Shown: piece by piece, positions 38,516 through 47,332 of the stretch
How the letters are laid out: every line of letters begins with the position of its first letter
Numbering within the stretch: the stretch's first letter is position 1
Virus record (IMG/VR): IMGVR_UViG_3300042339_001064
Coordinates: 16,674-80,673 of that record
Reading direction: 5' to 3' (one strand)
Source: a virus
Taxonomy: Duplodnaviria > Caudoviricetes
DNA length: 64,000 nt
Notes under the pieces: model-generated
Told to the model about the DNA's origin: nothing
Seen by the model: only the letters and a program-made list of their open reading frames with translations
Databases searched by the model: none
Program-made: the position numbers and the translations under genes

Positions 38516-38896
38516 TTAATAATACTCATCTTTATAGTCATCAAAGCAATCATCAAACTCAGCATAGTTTGTAAAAAGTTCTTCCCCTGGCTCAATATTT
38601 TTAAGTGCTATTGTAACATCTTTAGTGTTATCTAGATTAGGGGTATAACTATGATTTAAAAAATTTGATAAATCACAAGAAGAATAATAATAATTATCTT
38701 CTATCCAAGCATATTTATTAAAATATTCTTGTTGAGCATCGGGCATTTGTTTTACTTTATCTATAGAAATTTTAATATCTACTCCTTCTTCAAACTTCCA
38801 TACTATAGAATCTTTTGGTATAAATTCTGTAGCAAATAAACCTAACCCCATTTTAGGATTAGTAGCTACTTTAACTTCTGTTTTAAATAAAAACAT
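38516..38896 (-). CDS. SET-domain protein (lysine methyltransferase fold)
   Basis: GLGLFATEFIPKD, FLNHSYTPNL and IALKNIEPGEELFTNY are canonical SET motifs; no post-SET region. Confidence 0.85.
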   Translation of the reverse strand: MFLFKTEVKVATNPKMGLGLFATEFIPKDSIVWKFEEGVDIKISIDKVKQMPDAQQEYFNKYAWIEDNYYYSSCDLSNFLNHSYTPNLDNTKDVTIALKNIEPGEELFTNYAEFDDCFDDYKDEYY

Positions 38897-38917
38897 ATTT
38901 TATTTTATTAATTGTGA

Positions 38918-39553
38918 TTAAATATTTTCAGTTCTATAAATATAATAAGGACTATTTGCATAAGTCATATCAACATCTTCACTAGACATTCTCGGATTAT
39001 TAATTTTTATTTTAGGAGGAGATTCTTTACTATAAGGTTTAATAAAATCTGCATTGTGCCATCTTAATAAATTATTAGGGTGTATACAAAAATTACCACA
39101 ATCCATTTCAATAAAATGAAAGCATTTACTGTCTAAATCTTCTGAATAGCCTACATTAATTATATTAGGATCAGAAACATAGTCATCAATAGTGAATAAG
39201 TAAATCCCACTTCTCCATTTACCATCTCTACAAAATATATCCACTCTTTTATGTTGTAATAATTTAAAACAAGTGGTAGCAATAGCATTAGATTGGCAAT
39301 CCCAACTCTCTAATAGAGAAAGTCTTTTTTGTTCATTATCAGATAGCACATCATAGTCATCCTTATGTTGAAATGCTGATATAGGCATATTCCACATAAT
39401 AGCTCCTATATTAGACTGAAAATGAAATAACATAGGATAGTTTATAACAGACTTAACTCCAAATATAAACCCTGGTAAGTCTTCCTCTAGCCCTATAAAT
39501 TCTTTTCTAATTTTACATTCTATATAAGGTGTATTTGCATTTAATTGTGCCAT
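38918..39553 (-). CDS. Conserved phage hypothetical protein (MAxLNAN-P family)
   Basis: 211-aa ORF with motifs 'MAQLNANTP', 'MPISAF', 'WDC' and 'HPNN' recalled from uncharacterised aquatic phage proteins. Confidence 0.55.
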   Translation of the reverse strand: MAQLNANTPYIECKIRKEFIGLEEDLPGFIFGVKSVINYPMLFHFQSNIGAIMWNMPISAFQHKDDYDVLSDNEQKRLSLLESWDCQSNAIATTCFKLLQHKRVDIFCRDGKWRSGIYLFTIDDYVSDPNIINVGYSEDLDSKCFHFIEMDCGNFCIHPNNLLRWHNADFIKPYSKESPPKIKINNPRMSSEDVDMTYANSPYYIYRTENI

Positions 39554-39556
39554 ATT

Positions 39557-40429
39557 TTAAAATATATATCTAATTTTTATTTTTAAATCTTCATTAATTA
39601 ATTGAGTAAGTTCATTAATTAATTTTTCTTTTAATTGCCATTTGTATCTAACATTATTTCCACCATACTTACTTATTTTTTCTTCTTGTATTTCTGGATT
39701 CCATAATAAAGATTCATTTAATCCTCTTTCTAAATTAATTTTATTTAAGTTAGCATTATGAGTTAAAAATATAATTTCTAAACCACATTGGTCTTTAAAT
39801 TCTTGACTAACTTCATTGTTAATTATATTAAATAATTCTTTATAATCATTTAAATAATTGTCATAATAAATAACAGGACTTAAGTTAAAATGTACTTCCC
39901 AACCTGCTTCAAATAATTTTTGAGCTCCTTTAATTCTAGTTAATGTTAAACTTGTAGACTTTTCTACTTGAGTTCTAATATTTTCTGGTATTAAAGAATG
40001 TCTTATTCTAATTTTTTTATTAGAGTCATAATTTAATAACAAAGGATTATACCATTTAGTTGCAAATGTAGCACCCATTCTTGGATGATCTTTAAAGTAA
40101 TCAAATACTCTTTTCCAATCATATTTATTCCAATATTTATTTATATCTACATCACACCCAATATCTACAAGGTATAAACTATTATGAACTTGATTAGGAG
40201 TTTTAATTAAAGGTTTAGTATTAACCCAATTATTACAAGCTAATAAAATTTCATTTATATTAGTATTAAGATAAACAGCTGGTCTATTAAATCTATGTAC
40301 ATAACAGTATTGACAATAAGGATTATTGTTTTGGTCTCTACACCCTAAAATAAAATTGGCAGAAGTAGCATCGCCACTTCTACCATTATCTTTACATAAT
40401 ATTGTTTTAGTTTTTTGAAATTTTTCCAT
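39557..40429 (-). CDS. Spore photoproduct lyase-like radical SAM protein
   Basis: Cys triad C-x8-C-x2-C 'GCRDQNNNPYCQYCYV', 'YLVDIGCDVD', 'TFATK', 'RIRHSL', 'GWEVHFNLSPVI', 'EIIFLTHN' and 'GGNNVRY' match the SplB-like family. Confidence 0.8.
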   Translation of the reverse strand: MEKFQKTKTILCKDNGRSGDATSANFILGCRDQNNNPYCQYCYVHRFNRPAVYLNTNINEILLACNNWVNTKPLIKTPNQVHNSLYLVDIGCDVDINKYWNKYDWKRVFDYFKDHPRMGATFATKWYNPLLLNYDSNKKIRIRHSLIPENIRTQVEKSTSLTLTRIKGAQKLFEAGWEVHFNLSPVIYYDNYLNDYKELFNIINNEVSQEFKDQCGLEIIFLTHNANLNKINLERGLNESLLWNPEIQEEKISKYGGNNVRYKWQLKEKLINELTQLINEDLKIKIRYIF

Positions 40430-40439
40430 TTAAATTAAA

Positions 40440-40622
40440 TTAACAAGCATCTCTATACATTATATTATATTTCTGGATTATTAAATCAACTTTTTGCCAA
40501 TTACTTCCAGCTGCTCTTACTTCATTTTCAAACATTTTATCTAGTTGAGCTTTGTCGTATATACAATCTTTAGAGCATGATACTATCATAAATAATAATA
40601 AGATAAATAATATTTTTTTCAT
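40440..40622 (-). CDS. Small putative lipoprotein
   Basis: MKK + hydrophobic stretch + lipobox-like 'IVSC'. Confidence 0.6.
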   Translation of the reverse strand: MKKILFILLLFMIVSCSKDCIYDKAQLDKMFENEVRAAGSNWQKVDLIIQKYNIMYRDAC

Positions 40623-40627
40623 TATAT

Positions 40628-40789
40628 TTAATTTAATTTTTTAGTAAGAATTTCAGTTATAATATCTTGTACTTCAAATTCAGATTCATTATCAGTATCA
40701 AGACAATCAGGAATTAATTCTAATTCTACAAGTTTGTCAGTTATTACAATTGATATATCTCTTATATCATCTTCAGTTAATTTTTTCAT
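40628..40789 (-). CDS. Small acidic hypothetical protein (53 aa, not in the ORF track)
   Basis: ATG at 40789 to TAA at 40628 encodes MKKLTEDDIRDISIVITDKLVELELIPDCLDTDNESEFEVQDIITEILTKKLN and fills the gap between neighbours. Confidence 0.65.
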   Translation of the reverse strand: MKKLTEDDIRDISIVITDKLVELELIPDCLDTDNESEFEVQDIITEILTKKLN

Positions 40790-41213
40790 TGTATTTGTGT
40801 TTAATTTTTAAATTCATTACTGGATGTATTTCTGTAATACCATGTGTTTTATCAAAAACATAAGGTCCTTCAATTTCAATACTATCTCCTTCTGTTGGAA
40901 TTATAATTTTATTTTTATAAAACCAACAGATTGGAAATATTGATGGGGCAGCACATACAATTTCACCTACTATACACCCATTTTCATCTTTATGGTTATT
41001 TTTGGATAATAAACTTTTATTCTTTATTCTTAATTGAATATGTATATCACCATCAAGATCTGATTCAACTTTTTTAACTCTTCCTACTAAAGTTTTGGAA
41101 GAATCTAATAGAACCAATCTTTTTGGGTGATGCACTCTATTACAAGGACAATCTTCTTTTGAAACTAAGGTTAATAATAATAAAATACCTATAACTAATA
41201 ATGTTAATTTCAT
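40773..41213 (-). CDS. Secreted/membrane-anchored OB-fold-like protein
   Basis: N-terminal signal/TM segment; 'DGDIHIQL', 'GEIVC' and 'GPYVFDKTHGITEIHPV'. Confidence 0.5.
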   Translation of the reverse strand: MKLTLLVIGILLLLTLVSKEDCPCNRVHHPKRLVLLDSSKTLVGRVKKVESDLDGDIHIQLRIKNKSLLSKNNHKDENGCIVGEIVCAAPSIFPICWFYKNKIIIPTEGDSIEIEGPYVFDKTHGITEIHPVMNLKIKHKYNEKIN

Positions 41214-41234
41214 ATTATAATTATTTATTTATAA

Positions 41235-42860
41235 TTACCCACTACAAGAAGCACACTCTAAAATATTTCTAACAAAACTTTGGGCACTACTTTCACTAAA
41301 TTGATAATATAAAGTCTTAATGCCTTCTTCCCAAGCATATAAATATAGTTGATTAATATCTTTAGCTGGTACAGAAGGATGTATTGTTAGATTTAAAGAT
41401 TGAGCCTGGTCAATAAACTTTTGTCTTTGAGCTGCTTGTAAAATAATTTCTTTAGGAGAAATCTCTAAAAAAGTCTTAAATACATTTTTTGTAGGAAAAT
41501 CTAAATGTTCTACAGAGCCATTATTCTTTAAAATACTTTCCCAAATTTCATTAGTATTTAAATTGTATTTTTCTAATTCAGTTACTAAAAAAGGATTTTT
41601 ATATACAGTTTTAATTTTAGCCAAATCTTTAATAAAATAATTAGATTTAATAGGCTCTATTCCCATACTTACTTGCCCTAAAATAAAAGATGAAGATTTT
41701 GTAGGAGCAATTGCAATTAATGTAGTATTTGCAAAACCCTCTCTACTACAAGTATATCCATGAGTATTAAATAAAGATTGACTAGCTTGCTCAGTTCTTT
41801 CTTTTAAAGTTTTAAATATCTGATAGTTTAGTTGTTTAGTTTCTAAAGATTCAAACTCAATTAATTTAGATTGTAATAAAGAATGATACCCTAAAACTCC
41901 TACACCAATAGCTCTGTGATTTTTTGCAAACCTATAGGCTCTTTTCATACCTGGAAGTACTGAAGACTTTTCTATAAATTCATTTATTACAGCATTTAAA
42001 AATAAAGTATAAGTTTCAATAGCATCTGTATCTTTTATTTCATCCCAATGAAGTAGATTTATAGAACCAATACAACATACAAATGATTCAAAGCTATTTG
42101 TAGGAAGCATTATTTCGGAACAAAGATTACTTGCAGTAATTTCTAATCCTAATTCTTTATAAGGAGAATTATTATTAGCATTATCTTTAAACATTAAATA
42201 AGGAAACCCAAACTCAGTTCTTTTTTCAATAACTTTAGCCCAGATTTTTCTTTTAGCAGTGTCTCCTTCTTTCATAGACTTTAACCACTCATCTGTAATA
42301 GTAATACCAAATTGTAAATTTTGTATAGGATTACCATCACTACCTATTTCTAAAAATTCTTCAATATCTTCGTGTTCTATAGGTAGCCATATTGCACAAG
42401 CACCTCTTCTGGATTCTCCTTGTTTACAAGTATCTATTACTGTATCATAAATTTTAGCATAATGAGTTGGCCCATCTGCCTTTCCTCCTGTAGATATAGT
42501 AGTACCTCTAGATCTAATATTTCCTAAATAAGCAGATGTTCCTCCACCATATTTAGACATTAAGCCTATTTCTCTTGCAGCATTTAAAATGCTATCTAAA
42601 GAGTCATCTACATTAGACCCATAACAAGAAATAGGAAGGCCTTTATTCTTACCAAAATTACTCCATACAGGAGTAGATAAAGAATAAAAGCCTCTTTGCA
42701 TGTAATTTTCAAACTTATCAGCAAAACCTTCTATTTTAAGAATTTGTTCTGCACTATAAGAAATGTGTTTAATTCTTTCTTCAGGAGTTTCTGTAATGTA
42801 TCCTCTATTTAAATAAAGTCTACTTTCCTCATTTAACCAGTAATTTTTAGAATAAGTCAT
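41235..42860 (-). CDS. nrdA: Ribonucleotide reductase class I alpha subunit (short, no ATP cone)
   Basis: 'PISCY', 'GGGTS', 'ASNLCSEI', 'AIAPTKSSS', 'DQAQSLN', 'GIKTLYY' and a C-terminal CxxC. Confidence 0.95.
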   Translation of the reverse strand: MTYSKNYWLNEESRLYLNRGYITETPEERIKHISYSAEQILKIEGFADKFENYMQRGFYSLSTPVWSNFGKNKGLPISCYGSNVDDSLDSILNAAREIGLMSKYGGGTSAYLGNIRSRGTTISTGGKADGPTHYAKIYDTVIDTCKQGESRRGACAIWLPIEHEDIEEFLEIGSDGNPIQNLQFGITITDEWLKSMKEGDTAKRKIWAKVIEKRTEFGFPYLMFKDNANNNSPYKELGLEITASNLCSEIMLPTNSFESFVCCIGSINLLHWDEIKDTDAIETYTLFLNAVINEFIEKSSVLPGMKRAYRFAKNHRAIGVGVLGYHSLLQSKLIEFESLETKQLNYQIFKTLKERTEQASQSLFNTHGYTCSREGFANTTLIAIAPTKSSSFILGQVSMGIEPIKSNYFIKDLAKIKTVYKNPFLVTELEKYNLNTNEIWESILKNNGSVEHLDFPTKNVFKTFLEISPKEIILQAAQRQKFIDQAQSLNLTIHPSVPAKDINQLYLYAWEEGIKTLYYQFSESSAQSFVRNILECASCSG

Positions 42861-43851
42861 CTTCTGTAATTGATTTAGTTTTTTTAGAATAATCTACGCT
42901 ACGTTTATAAAAAAAGTCCCCTTCTTTTGTTGAAGTTATCTCTACTTCAAACCACATTGTTTTTTCAAGTAAAGTAATATCAGGACTAAAAACAGGACTC
43001 ATTCCTATTTTTATAAGAGAATTATTAAATCTATTCATAATAAAATGTTGTATAGTTTCTTTAGATAAGAAATCTAACTCTCCTTTTTCAAATATCCAAT
43101 CAAGTACTTGACACTCAGCTATATATGCTTTTTTACATGCAGAATAAACTAAGTTTTCAAATTCTTCATCAAACCATTCTGGATTTTCTCTTTTAATAAT
43201 ATTAATTATTTCTACACCAAAATTACCATGAACATCTTCTTCTTTACTTGTTGCCTCAACTACATTTGATATACCTTTAAAAAGATTCTTTTCTTTATTA
43301 AAAGACATCATAATTAGAAACTGGCTAAATAAAGAAACATGCTCTATAAATAAAGAGAATAAAAGTACACTTTTTGTATACATTTTATTATCCTTACTTC
43401 TAGTTCCATCTAAGTATTTAGTAAGATAATTAATTCTATTTTTAATAGCAGGAACTTCTATTAAGGTTTCAAACTCTTTCTGTAAGCCTAAAACATTTAA
43501 TAATTCAGCATAAGCATCTTTATGTCTTACTTCACTTTCTGCAAAGGTCATACCTACATCTCCAATTTCAGTTTTAGGCATTCTTTTATACATATCTGCC
43601 CAAAAAGTTTTAACTTTAACTTCTATTTGAGCAATAGCTAACATTGTTCTTTTTATAGCCTCTCTTTCAGAATCATTAACTTTTATTTTAAAGTCATTTA
43701 TATCTGAGGTAAAGTTAAATTCTGATTCTAGCCAATAAGAATGTCTAATAGCTTTTTTATATTCTAAAAGTTCAGGATATTCATAAGGTAATATGTTTTC
43801 TCTCTTTTTAAAAATATCTTGTTTTTCAAAGATTGTTTCATTTTGATTCAT
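42847..43851 (-). CDS. nrdB: Ribonucleotide reductase beta subunit (class Id-like)
   Basis: 'AIAQIEVKVK', 'ESEVRHKDAY', 'IEHVSLFSQF', 'EEDVHG' and a C-terminal 'DFFYKR...DDLF'. Confidence 0.93.
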   Translation of the reverse strand: MNQNETIFEKQDIFKKRENILPYEYPELLEYKKAIRHSYWLESEFNFTSDINDFKIKVNDSEREAIKRTMLAIAQIEVKVKTFWADMYKRMPKTEIGDVGMTFAESEVRHKDAYAELLNVLGLQKEFETLIEVPAIKNRINYLTKYLDGTRSKDNKMYTKSVLLFSLFIEHVSLFSQFLIMMSFNKEKNLFKGISNVVEATSKEEDVHGNFGVEIINIIKRENPEWFDEEFENLVYSACKKAYIAECQVLDWIFEKGELDFLSKETIQHFIMNRFNNSLIKIGMSPVFSPDITLLEKTMWFEVEITSTKEGDFFYKRSVDYSKKTKSITEDDLF

Positions 43852-43909
43852 TTTTTTTGTTAATTTTTAAATATTAATAATAATTTTTTTTTTAGGAAAA
43901 AAAGGGTTG

Positions 43910-43917
43910 CAAATCTA
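43910..43917 (-). promoter_or_regulatory. Bacteroidota sigma-A -7 element upstream of nrdB
   Basis: Minus strand reads TAGATTTG(CA), matching TAnnTTTG, in the intergenic gap about 60 nt before the nrdB start. Confidence 0.55.
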
Positions 43918-43932
43918 TAAAAAAATTATTAA

Positions 43933-44643
43933 TTATATGATTTTTTCTTTTACAAGAATATCTTTAACTTTTTTAATTAATTCTTCAATAGTACCTGAAT
44001 TATCTATTGTATAATTAAACTCTGCAGTATCTAAACTTGTCTCACTTGGATGGTCTAAAAGGTTTATTTCAGGTCTATTTATTCTAATAGTAATACCTTC
44101 TCTTTTTTTTATAGCTGTTAGTTCATTACTAAAACGTAAATCCGTTATTATCCAATTAGGATAATAATTTTTATAAGACATATCAGACATTTCATCTAAT
44201 ATTGTATTTGTAGGATTAAATTTAGACACATAATCAGCAAATAAAGCATTAACCCATACATTAGTATGTAATCCATTACGCATTGCTTCTGTGCCAAGTT
44301 TTTGAAGAAACTCTCTTGAAGTCATTTCTACCCAATGTTCTCTTCCTTGCCATTCTGTGGGATAACACCATTCTCTACCAAGAGCTTTTTTTTTAAACTC
44401 TTGGTCTTCAAACTTTTCTATAGGAATACCAGTAAGAAGAGAAGCTATTTCTTTTACTTTACCTGCAAACTTTTTTATTTCCCAATCGCAATATTTTTGT
44501 TTAAAGTTTTTACAATAAGACTCAAAATCATCTTGAGAATCAGGGTGTGAATACCCTCCTTTATCTTTATCTGTTAAATATTGTATTATTTTACCAACAA
44601 TATCTTTTCCTGAACCTGATTTACCACTTAATGCTAAAATCAT
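43933..44643 (-). CDS. Deoxynucleoside monophosphate kinase
   Basis: P-loop 'GKSGSGKD', 'FAGKVK', 'REFLQKLGTE', 'ITDLRFSNE' and 'HPSET'. Confidence 0.9.
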   Translation of the reverse strand: MILALSGKSGSGKDIVGKIIQYLTDKDKGGYSHPDSQDDFESYCKNFKQKYCDWEIKKFAGKVKEIASLLTGIPIEKFEDQEFKKKALGREWCYPTEWQGREHWVEMTSREFLQKLGTEAMRNGLHTNVWVNALFADYVSKFNPTNTILDEMSDMSYKNYYPNWIITDLRFSNELTAIKKREGITIRINRPEINLLDHPSETSLDTAEFNYTIDNSGTIEELIKKVKDILVKEKII

Positions 44644-45245
44644 AATGATATATTTTTATTATTACAATACAAAACTACTACATTATCTTTTTTAATAGTA
44701 CATTTATAATATTCTTCTTGATGAATTTTAAGTTTGTCAATATTAAAAGGTTTTGTTATTATTTGCATACCAGATTTAGTCTCTAATTCAGGCAAAATAG
44801 TTTCATTTCCTGGAAAAATATCTTTAAAAATTTTTCTTATTTTAAATAAACTTGTTAAGGATAAATTATTAAAATACAAGTTAATAACATAAAAATTTAA
44901 AGTAGGTTTCATATTTTCAATAGACGTTAAAAATATATCAGAATAATCTAAATCTTTATTTTGAAACTTATTAGAAAGAGTTTCTACCATTTTATATCCT
45001 AATTGTTTTTTAGAATAAGAACCTAATTTAATGTATACAGTTCCATTAAATATGTTTGCTAGTCTTTTCATTTCATCATAATAAAAAAATAATTCATTTA
45101 AATTATTAATTATATAATGTTTTATTAAGTTATTATTTTTTTCATAAGGCTGATCTAAATTATCATTTTTATAGATAATTATTTCAAAAAAATATCCAGG
45201 TTGAAACTGGAGTATTGGTAAAATTTTATTTAAGTTATCAATCAT
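44640..45245 (-). CDS. Conserved crAss-like hypothetical protein
   Basis: 201-aa ORF starting 'MIDN..I...L.F' with 'TKSGMQIITKPFN'; family recalled from Bacteroidota phages, function unknown. Confidence 0.5.
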   Translation of the reverse strand: MIDNLNKILPILQFQPGYFFEIIIYKNDNLDQPYEKNNNLIKHYIINNLNELFFYYDEMKRLANIFNGTVYIKLGSYSKKQLGYKMVETLSNKFQNKDLDYSDIFLTSIENMKPTLNFYVINLYFNNLSLTSLFKIRKIFKDIFPGNETILPELETKSGMQIITKPFNIDKLKIHQEEYYKCTIKKDNVVVLYCNNKNISL

Positions 45246-45246
45246 T

Positions 45247-45462
45247 TTATTGAGTTTGAGTTAATAATGTTTCTAATTCTTTTTTAATTAAAAAAAGATT
45301 ATCAAATATTTCTATACTATTATTATTATAAATTATTGATAATTTCTTTTCTAAGCTTTTACTATTGTTTACATCAATAAGTGCTGCACTAATTGCTTGT
45401 TGTTTGTTTAAACCAATATTAATATATTTAGATATTAATTCTTCTGTTGTGTATTCTAGCAT
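45247..45462 (-). CDS. Hypothetical protein
   Basis: 71-aa ORF in operon context; weak similarity to 58240-58443. Confidence 0.55.
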   Translation of the reverse strand: MLEYTTEELISKYINIGLNKQQAISAALIDVNNSKSLEKKLSIIYNNNSIEIFDNLFLIKKELETLLTQTQ

Positions 45463-45484
45463 AGTTTTAAATTAAAATAAAAAA

Positions 45485-45527
45485 AGTTTGTAAACTTAAA
45501 GACATAGTATCTTTAAGCTTACAAACT
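45485..45527 (-). terminator. Long hairpin / probable intrinsic terminator
   Basis: AGTTTGTAAACTTAAAGA-catagta-TCTTTAAGCTTACAAACT (18-bp stem with one G-U pair on the minus transcript), followed by a T-run on the minus strand. Confidence 0.7.
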
Positions 45528-45634
45528 AAATAAATAAATAATATTAATTAAACAGTAAACCTATTTAATGTATTCTAAGAGTAAACCTGTTATTTTATAT
45601 TTAAAAAATACGTTACAAAGTTTTTTTATGTAAT

Positions 45635-45952
45635 TTATTCTTTAATTTTCTTAGTATTTCTTGGTTTTCTAAAAGTATTTGGTTTTTTACTTGGTGTATT
45701 TTTTTCTAACTCAGAAGTTACTTCTGTTTTAGTAATTTGTGGAGTTATGATTTTTTTTGATAACTCTATAATTTTGTTTTCTAATTTAAGGTTTTCTTCA
45801 TAAGAATTAGCTAATTTAAAAACTAATCTATTTACTTCATTTTCTACAGTTTTAAGTGTTTTCTTATTGAAAAAATACTTATAAAGTAAAATAATTGTAA
45901 AACATAAAGTAATACCTTCACTTAGAATAAATAATTTAATTAAATTGTTCAT
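45635..45952 (-). CDS. Membrane-anchored coiled-coil protein with basic tail
   Basis: N-terminal TM helix, coiled-coil and Lys-rich C-terminus. Confidence 0.55.
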   Translation of the reverse strand: MNNLIKLFILSEGITLCFTIILLYKYFFNKKTLKTVENEVNRLVFKLANSYEENLKLENKIIELSKKIITPQITKTEVTSELEKNTPSKKPNTFRKPRNTKKIKE

Positions 45953-45979
45953 ATAATTTGATTTTTATAATTTAGTTTA

Positions 45980-46003
45980 CAAATATACAATGTTTTTAAC
46001 AAA
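45980..46003 (-). promoter_or_regulatory. Bacteroidota-type promoter element
   Basis: Minus strand reads TTTG...TATATTTG(TA); the -7 box is at 45980-45987 in an intergenic gap. The spacing to the upstream TTTG is shorter than canonical. Confidence 0.5.
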
Positions 46004-46023
46004 TAAAACTTTTTAAATTTAAA

Positions 46024-46326
46024 TTAAATGTTAAAAGTTTCAAATTTTGAAGTAGCAGGAGATTCAGTAATAATATATCCTATTCTATTAATATAATGTA
46101 AACCAGAGCTTATTATTAGTTCATCTCCTTCATCAATTAATGTCCATACATGTTGTCTAGGATAGTTTTTAACAAAATCAAATTCTTCCCCAAAAGTTTC
46201 ATACATACAACCATTAAAAGGATAATCCTCAATATTGTTTACATTATTTTTTAAATGAATTTGGTTTAGTTGCGGAGTATAAGCAGAATAAAAATCTGTA
46301 TTATTTGTTTGATAATTGTGACTCAT
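46024..46326 (-). CDS. Conserved phage hypothetical protein
   Basis: 'MYETFGEE', 'HVWTLID' and 'GLHYINRIGYII' motif set. Confidence 0.6.
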   Translation of the reverse strand: MSHNYQTNNTDFYSAYTPQLNQIHLKNNVNNIEDYPFNGCMYETFGEEFDFVKNYPRQHVWTLIDEGDELIISSGLHYINRIGYIITESPATSKFETFNI

Positions 46327-47320
46327 TTTTATTAATTAAAATAATTTTATCTCTTTGTAATTTTTCTTGAATTATTTCTAATAATGCATTAGAACCTAAA
46401 AATTTAACAACATCTGAAGGGTCTTTTTCCCTCATAAAAGAAGGATTGTTAATATAATTTAATCTAGTATCAATTTCTAGGGTTAATAATCTAGAAAATC
46501 TCTTACCAGCTTCATCATTATTTAAATAAACATAAACAACTTCAAATTTATTAAATAAATCATTTATAATTGGTAATAAAATTTTATAACTATTTTCACT
46601 TGCTAAATTAAATGCATCAAACCCTAAACTATCTAAACACATAGTGTCCTTTAAAGAAGAAGTAATAAAACAAACATTAGTTTTATACTCTAATTTAGTA
46701 TAACCCTCTAGAATAGCTTTAATAGTCCTCCATTTTTGCATAGGATTACCTAAAGGATTGTATAATTTAAATAATTCATCATTATTATAATAACCAAATA
46801 TAGGATTAAATTTGCTAGAAGAATAATTAATAACATCATTCTTTAATACATACTTAATAGGTTTAATTTCAAATCTATTTAAAGTATTTAAATTAATTTG
46901 AAATTGATTCCAGTAATTTAATTCATAATCTTCAAAAGATTTAATAATACCAGTATATTTAGACTTTTGTTCCATTACAGGTTTTTTTTCTAAAATTAAA
47001 AGAGGAGCTTTTTGGTGCTCCCCTTTAATTTTAGTTAAAAAATTACCTTTAACTTTATTACTATACTTTAAATCTAAATTTATTTTATTTATACTAGACT
47101 TTCTATCACTTAAATTATACAGTTTATTTACATATTCAATACAATCTAAGTGAGTAGGATTAAATGCCCAGTCCATAAATAAAAGAGTATCATTTCTTTC
47201 TGTAAAATAACATTTAGGAGTTTTATCATTTCTTAATGGATTTTTAAAACTAGTTTTTAAGTCAAAACTTCCAAAATAATGCCTAAATATTTCATACTGT
47301 TGATCTAAAGCATATATCAT
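46301..47320 (-). CDS. DNA primase (crAss-type, TOPRIM)
   Basis: 'NPLRNDKTPKC', 'KLYNP', 'ITSSLKD', 'LNNDEAG' and 'KDPSD'; located in the replication cluster. Confidence 0.8.
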   Translation of the reverse strand: MIYALDQQYEIFRHYFGSFDLKTSFKNPLRNDKTPKCYFTERNDTLLFMDWAFNPTHLDCIEYVNKLYNLSDRKSSINKINLDLKYSNKVKGNFLTKIKGEHQKAPLLILEKKPVMEQKSKYTGIIKSFEDYELNYWNQFQINLNTLNRFEIKPIKYVLKNDVINYSSSKFNPIFGYYNNDELFKLYNPLGNPMQKWRTIKAILEGYTKLEYKTNVCFITSSLKDTMCLDSLGFDAFNLASENSYKILLPIINDLFNKFEVVYVYLNNDEAGKRFSRLLTLEIDTRLNYINNPSFMREKDPSDVVKFLGSNALLEIIQEKLQRDKIILINKNESQLSNK

Positions 47321-47332
47321 AATAAAGTTTAA

